From NCBI GenBank assembly GCA_963748215.1, contig CAVVHS010000005.1:160001-224000 (forward strand): 64,000 bases of DNA. The letters run 5' to 3'. Positions 58,982 to 64,000 of the stretch are shown piece after piece. Below the pieces are notes generated by a model. The model did not search any database and was not told where the DNA came from. It saw only the letters and a program-made list of their open reading frames with translations. The stretch is from an uncultured Gammaproteobacteria bacterium (GTDB lineage Bacteria > Pseudomonadota > Gammaproteobacteria > UBA9214). Positions within the stretch are counted from its first letter, which is position 1. Every line of letters starts with the position of its first letter. Made by a program: the position numbers and the translations under genes.

Positions 58982-60167
58982 TGAGACGTGAGACGTGAAC
59001 AGAAGAATAGCCACGGAATCCACGGAAGAACACGGAAAAATAAAAACCGCAGTGTAGGGTGCGTTTTACGCACCAGCTATATCTGTTGCAATGAAAAAAT
59101 AATATTTTCCGTGTGCTTCCGTGGCTATTGCTTAGCTCACCTGACATTTGGCAGAGTGCGCTACGCGGACCTTACGCGGTGCGTTCAACGTACCCTACAC
59201 ATTCGTCTGTGTGTTTCCGTGGCCAGTAGTCAGTCCACATTTCACGTCTCACGTCTCACGTCTCACGTCTCACGCTGTCTTACCCCACCGCCGGGGGTTG
59301 GAATATTTTTCCGTGTTCTCCCGTGGATTCCGTGGCTATTCAAATTAAATCGGCAAGTTGTAGGGTGCACTTTGTGCACCATTCCCGGTGCGTAAAACGC
59401 ACCCTACGCATTCGTCTGTGTGTTTCCGTGTGTTTCCGTGGCTATTCTTCTGTTCACGTCTCACGTCTCACGTCTCACGCTGTCTTACCCCACCGCCGGG
59501 AGTTGGAATATTTTTCCGTGTTCTTCCGTGGATTCCGTGGCTATTCAAATTAAATCGGCAAGTTGTAGGGTGCACTTTGTGCACCATTCCCGGTGCGTAA
59601 AACGCACCCTACGCATTCGTCTGTGTGTTTCCGTGTGTTTCCGTGGCTATTCTTCTGTTCACGTCTCACGTGTCACGCTGTCTTACCCCACCGCCGGGGG
59701 TTGGAATATTTTTCCGTGTACTTCCGTGGATTCCGTGGCTATTCAAATTAAATCGGCAAGTTGTAGGGTGCACTTTGTGCACCATTCCCGGTGCGTAAAA
59801 CGCACCCTACGCATTCGTCTGTGTGTTTCCGTGTGTTTCCGTGGCTATTCTTCTGTTCACGTCTCACGTCTCACGTCTCACGCTGTCTTACCCCACCGCC
59901 GGAGTTGGAATATTTTTCCGTGTTCTCCCGTGGATTCCGTGGCTATTCAAATTAAATCGGCAAGTTGTAGGGTGCACTTTGTGCACCATTCCCGGTGCGT
60001 AAAACGCACCCTACGCATTCGTCTGTGTGTTTCCGTGTGTTTCCGTGGCTATTCTTCTGTTCACGTCTCACGTGTCACGTCTCACGCTGTCTTACCCCAC
60101 CGCCGGAGTTGGAATATTTTTCCGTGTTCTCCCGTGGATTCCGTGGCATTCAAATTATATCGGCAAG
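58981..60167. repeat. Composite repeat region with ~4.5 tandem units of 198-205 bp, each containing the hisC 3' end
   Basis: TCAAATTAAATCGGCAAG at 59340, 59545, 59743, 59947 versus hisC end TCAAATTATATCGGCAAG at 60150. Confidence 0.93.
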
Positions 60168-61229
60168 CGCGGCGAGGAAGGCCGCATTTTCCTGCGGTTG
60201 CCCCACCGTCACGCGCAGGCAATCGCGCAGCGCCGGTAGCGTGCCATCCAGGTTCTTGATCAGGATGCCGGCCTGTTTCAGGGCCGCGAAGATCTCCCCG
60301 GCACGCCCGGCCGGCACGCGGAACAGGATGAAGTTCGCTTCACTCGAATACACCACCAGCTGTCCGAACCTGCGCAGCCCGGCGTCGAGTGCGGCGCGTG
60401 CCGTGCGGATCTGCCGGGCCTGTGCATCGAACACATCCCGGTGTTCGAGCGCCAGCACACCGGTCACCTGGTTGAGCGTGCCGATGTTATAGGGCAGGCG
60501 CGTCTTGTCGATCTGCGCAATCCATTCCGGGTTACCGGCCAGCAGCCCCAGCCGCAACCCGGCCAGGCCGAGCTTGGATACGGTGCGCAGCACCAGCAGG
60601 TTTTCAGAGTGCTCCAGCTCCGGCATGAAGCTCGCGTCGGTGAACGGTGCATAGGCCTCGTCCACCACCACCAGGCCACTGGAACGTTCTAGTATCTCGC
60701 GGATAACGGCGGCATCGAACAGGTTGCCGGTCGGGTTATTCGGATAGGCCAGGAAGATCACCGCCGGCTGCGTGTTCACCACGCTATCCAGCACCGACTG
60801 CCGGTCCAGCGCAAACTGCGCGTCCAGCGGCACGCCGACGAACTCCAGCCCGGCAACGGTGGCGATCTGCCGGTACATGACGAAGGTCGGCTCCGGCGCC
60901 ATGATGACGCGCCCGGGCCCTGCCACGGTCTGGATGATCATCTGGATGAGCTCGTCGGAGCCGTTGCCGGGCATCACCCCGGCCGCGGCCGGCACACCCA
61001 TCGCCGCACGCAGCGCAACCTGCAGCGCGTGCGCGGACGGGTCTGGATATCGATTCAGCTCCAGCGCATGCAACGCCTCCAGCCACGCGGCACGCAGGTC
61101 TTCCGGCCACGGCCACGGGTTTTCCATGGCATCGAGCTTGATCATACCCGTCGCCGGCGGCACGTGGTAGGCGCTCATGGCCTGTATTTCCGGGCGCACC
61201 AACTGTTTGATCCGATCCTTTAACGACAT
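60150..61229 (-). CDS. hisC: Histidinol-phosphate aminotransferase
   Basis: KLDAMENP, GNGSDE, PNNPTG, DEAY, RTVSK; start MSLKDRI. Confidence 0.96.
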   Translation of the reverse strand: MSLKDRIKQLVRPEIQAMSAYHVPPATGMIKLDAMENPWPWPEDLRAAWLEALHALELNRYPDPSAHALQVALRAAMGVPAAAGVMPGNGSDELIQMIIQTVAGPGRVIMAPEPTFVMYRQIATVAGLEFVGVPLDAQFALDRQSVLDSVVNTQPAVIFLAYPNNPTGNLFDAAVIREILERSSGLVVVDEAYAPFTDASFMPELEHSENLLVLRTVSKLGLAGLRLGLLAGNPEWIAQIDKTRLPYNIGTLNQVTGVLALEHRDVFDAQARQIRTARAALDAGLRRFGQLVVYSSEANFILFRVPAGRAGEIFAALKQAGILIKNLDGTLPALRDCLRVTVGQPQENAAFLAALADII

Positions 61230-61264
61230 CGCTATTCCTAACCAATATTCAATGGTGTGATGTT

Positions 61265-61765
61265 TTTCGCCCTTTAGGGCGAGGTACTTTCTCTTGAGTG
61301 CCCAAGAGAAAGTACCCAAAGAGAAGGGCACCCGATGCCCGCGTCGGCTGGCGCCGAACACCTCCGTTCCTCGTCAAGCCGGGGGCGCGCACAACTCGGA
61401 GCCGGAGCGGGATTGGCTAATCCCGCTCCGGCTTGCCTCGGACAGGGTGCGCGCCTTTTCCCCGGCTTGACTGCGGTACTCGGCGCGGCCAACGGGCCTG
61501 GGGGGTGGCGCCTTCAAGCCCCGTCAGGCGCTGCCGAGCATCGCAGGCATTTTGGGATGGAGCGAGCCGCCCTGTCGAGCTGGATTTGCAAGCCGGAAGG
61601 CGCGGCAAATCCTGCGAGTTCGGCGAGCGCCCAAAATGACGAGAAGCGCAGGGAACCCGAAAAGTCATCGAAGATGTCTTTTCGGGCAAGCCTCCGGGTC
61701 CGCCTTTCTTTTGGGTACTTTTCTTTGGCGGAGCAAAGAAAAGTACCTCGCCCGAAAGGGCGAAA
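61265..61765. mobile_element. ~500-bp non-coding element with long hairpin-containing inverted ends
   Basis: TTTCGCCCTTTAGGGCGAGGTACTTTCTCTT...AAAGTACCCAAA versus TTTGGGTACTTTTCTTT...AAAGTACCTCGCCCGAAAGGGCGAAA. Confidence 0.8.
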
Positions 61766-61839
61766 CCTGCATTACATTCAGAATTCGAAACAGGAAAACA
61801 TGACGATAGCTTTGAGCCTTCACACGACATGATTTCCAT

Positions 61840-63141
61840 TCAATCCTCATCAAGGATACGCACCTCGGCGGAACGGGCGTGCGCGGTGAGGCCCTCGCCG
61901 TGCGCGAGCACGGCCGCGGTTTTGCCCAGCGTGCTGGCACCCGCGGCCGAGCAATGGATAAGGCTCGAGCGTTTCTGGAAATCGTACACGCCCAGCGGCG
62001 ACGAGAAGCGCGCGGTGCGCGAGGTCGGCAGCACGTGGTTCGGGCCGGCGCAGTAATCGCCGAGCACCTCCGCCGTGTAGCGTCCCATGAAGATCGCGCC
62101 GGCATGGCGGATGCGGGCGGCCATGGCTCGCGGGTCCTCCACCGACAGTTCCAGGTGTTCCGGCGCCACCTGGTTGGCGACCGCAATCGCCTGGTCCATG
62201 TCACGCACCTGGATCAGCGCGCCCTGCCCTTGCAACGATGCGGCGATGATCTTCGCACGCGGCATCTCCGGTAACAGGCGTTCGATACTGGCCGCCACCC
62301 GGTCGAGGAACGCACCGTCCGGGCTGACCAGGATGGACTGCGCATCCTCGTCGTGCTCGGCCTGGGAAAACAGGTCGACGGCTATCCAGTCGGGATCGGT
62401 ATTGCCATCGCAGATCACCAGGATTTCGGACGGGCCGGCGATCATGTCGATGCCGACCTTGCCGAACACCATGCGCTTGGCGGACGCCACGTAGGCATTA
62501 CCCGGTCCGACGATCTTGTCCACCGCCGGCACGCTGGCGGTGCCGTAGGCGAGCGCGGCCACCGCCTGCGCGCCGCCAATGGCGAACACGCGATCGACGC
62601 CGGCGATATGGGCCGCCGCCAGCACCATGTCGTTGACCTCGCCGTCCGGCGTCGGCACGACCATGATGAGTTCGCCCACGCCGGCAACCTTGGCGGGAAT
62701 CGCGTTCATCAGCACGGAGGACGGATAGGACGCCTTGCCGCCCGGCACGTACAGGCCGACACGGTCCATCGGCGTGACCTGCTGGCCCAGCAACGTGCCG
62801 TCCGCCTCGGTGTAGGACCAGGATTCGAGTTTCTGGCGCTCTGCGTAGGCACGCACGCGGTCGGCGGCAAACTCCAGCGCGTCACGCTGCTCCGGCTTGA
62901 TGACATCGACGGCGGCGCGGCAGTCAGCCAGCGGGATTTCAAGGCCGTTGCCTGCCTTGCGCCGGTCGAAGCGTTCGGTGTACTCGATCAGCGCCGCATC
63001 GCCGCGCGTGCGCACTGCGGTGATGATCTCGCGCACCACCGCCTCGACCTTCAGGTCGGCCGACTGCTCCCAGTCCAGCAGGGCCTCGAGGTCCGCCGCG
63101 AAGGTCGCGTCCTGAGAATTGAGTCGCCTGATTTCAACCAT
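61840..63141 (-). CDS. hisD: Histidinol dehydrogenase
   Basis: [36 protein letters not shown]. Confidence 0.98.
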   Translation of the reverse strand: MVEIRRLNSQDATFAADLEALLDWEQSADLKVEAVVREIITAVRTRGDAALIEYTERFDRRKAGNGLEIPLADCRAAVDVIKPEQRDALEFAADRVRAYAERQKLESWSYTEADGTLLGQQVTPMDRVGLYVPGGKASYPSSVLMNAIPAKVAGVGELIMVVPTPDGEVNDMVLAAAHIAGVDRVFAIGGAQAVAALAYGTASVPAVDKIVGPGNAYVASAKRMVFGKVGIDMIAGPSEILVICDGNTDPDWIAVDLFSQAEHDEDAQSILVSPDGAFLDRVAASIERLLPEMPRAKIIAASLQGQGALIQVRDMDQAIAVANQVAPEHLELSVEDPRAMAARIRHAGAIFMGRYTAEVLGDYCAGPNHVLPTSRTARFSSPLGVYDFQKRSSLIHCSAAGASTLGKTAAVLAHGEGLTAHARSAEVRILDED

Positions 63142-63202
63142 GTCTGATCGTGTCCGGATGGGTGTCTGCCGGTGTGACGCCTGCGCCCCGTGTCACGCCC
63201 GC

Positions 63203-63835
63203 TCAGCCCTCGCAGGCCGCGCGCAGCCGCTCGATAAAATCGCTGATGCGGCCGTGCTTCATTTTCATCGAGGCCTTGTTGACCACCAGCCGCGAGCTGA
63301 TGTCCGCGATGTGTTCGAGCGGCACCAGCCCGTTCGCCTTCAGGGTATTGCCGGTGTCCACCACGTCGACGATGCGGTCGGCCAGGCCCACCAGCGGCGC
63401 GAGCTCCATGGAACCGTACAGCTTGATGATCTCCACCTGCTCCTGGCGGTCGGCATAGAAGCGACGCGTGCTGTGTACGTACTTGGTCGCTATCCGCATG
63501 CGCCGGCGCGTTCGGGCGCCCGAAGCGGGACCCGCCACCATCAGGCGACAGCGCGCGATCTTCAGGTCGAGCGGTTCGTACAGGCCCTCGCCACCGTGCT
63601 CCATGAGCACATCCTTGCCGGCGACGCCCATATCTGCGGCACCGTAACCGACGTAGGTCGGCACGTCCGCGGCACGGATGATGACCAGTTTCACGTCCTC
63701 CTGGTTGGTATCAAGGATAAGCTTGCGGCTCGTTTCCGGGTCGTCCAGCGGCGTCACGCCAGCCGCTTCCAGCAACGGCAGGGTTTCCTCGAAGATGCGT
63801 CCCTTGGACAGGGCGATGGTCAGTGCAGTGTTCAT
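63203..63835 (-). CDS. hisG: ATP phosphoribosyltransferase, short form
   Basis: [27 protein letters not shown]. Confidence 0.97.
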   Translation of the reverse strand: MNTALTIALSKGRIFEETLPLLEAAGVTPLDDPETSRKLILDTNQEDVKLVIIRAADVPTYVGYGAADMGVAGKDVLMEHGGEGLYEPLDLKIARCRLMVAGPASGARTRRRMRIATKYVHSTRRFYADRQEQVEIIKLYGSMELAPLVGLADRIVDVVDTGNTLKANGLVPLEHIADISSRLVVNKASMKMKHGRISDFIERLRAACEG

Positions 63836-63920
63836 GGGGCCAAGTTTCCGGCAGATAGGGCCGGTTTACAAGCTTGCCGGCGGGCGCACCAGGGCGTGCG
63901 GACGTGTTCTCGACTTCGCC

Positions 63921-64000
63921 TCAGTCCGGTACGCGGCGGATATCCGCACCGAGCTGCGCGAGTTTTTCCTCGATACGTTCGTAGCCGCGGTCGATGTGGT
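63921..64000 (-). CDS. murA: UDP-N-acetylglucosamine 1-carboxyvinyltransferase, 3' end (partial)
   Basis: HIDRGYERIEEKLAQLGADIRRVPD*; typical position upstream of hisG. Confidence 0.9.
   Translation of the reverse strand, partial: HIDRGYERIEEKLAQLGADIRRVPD

Noticed and set aside
59240-60150. CRISPR array
   Set aside because: Whole ~200-bp units are near-identical; there are no unique spacers and no cas genes.
59420-60259. 279-aa repetitive ORF, and ORFs within 35669-36303
   Set aside because: They are translations of the non-coding repeats; no RBS or protein-like composition.

Overview
GC-rich gammaproteobacterial chromosome segment, probably from a sulfur oxidiser (soxXA, SoxH-like MBL hydrolase, petABC). 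The conserved backbone is tamAB, an RND pair, ATPase-metA-hypothetical, two tRNA-Ser genes, mltF, tadA, guaAB, xseA, amrSAB, sspAB, petABC, degS, hisGDC and the 3' end of murA. Three accessory zones interrupt it. (i) 1-7 kb: lower-GC region with IS30 and IS110 relics, small secreted proteins and a probable pseudo-histidine kinase. (ii) 16.6-24.8 kb: two different alleles of the same inter-gene locus sit in tandem (A-X-B / A'-X'-B'); X is a metal-related cluster with a MerR-type promoter. (iii) 27.7-36.3 kb: tRNA-Ser-anchored repeat arrays with cargo genes between the units. The most unusual signal is non-coding: ~180-205 bp tandem units that each carry a copy of the end of the neighbouring gene (both tRNA-Ser genes and hisC), concentric inverted-repeat elements, and ~50-90 bp mini-elements inserted into REP hairpins and into each other. 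No intact transposase, integrase or cas gene is visible in the window. All calls come from manual reading and motif recall; no database search was run.
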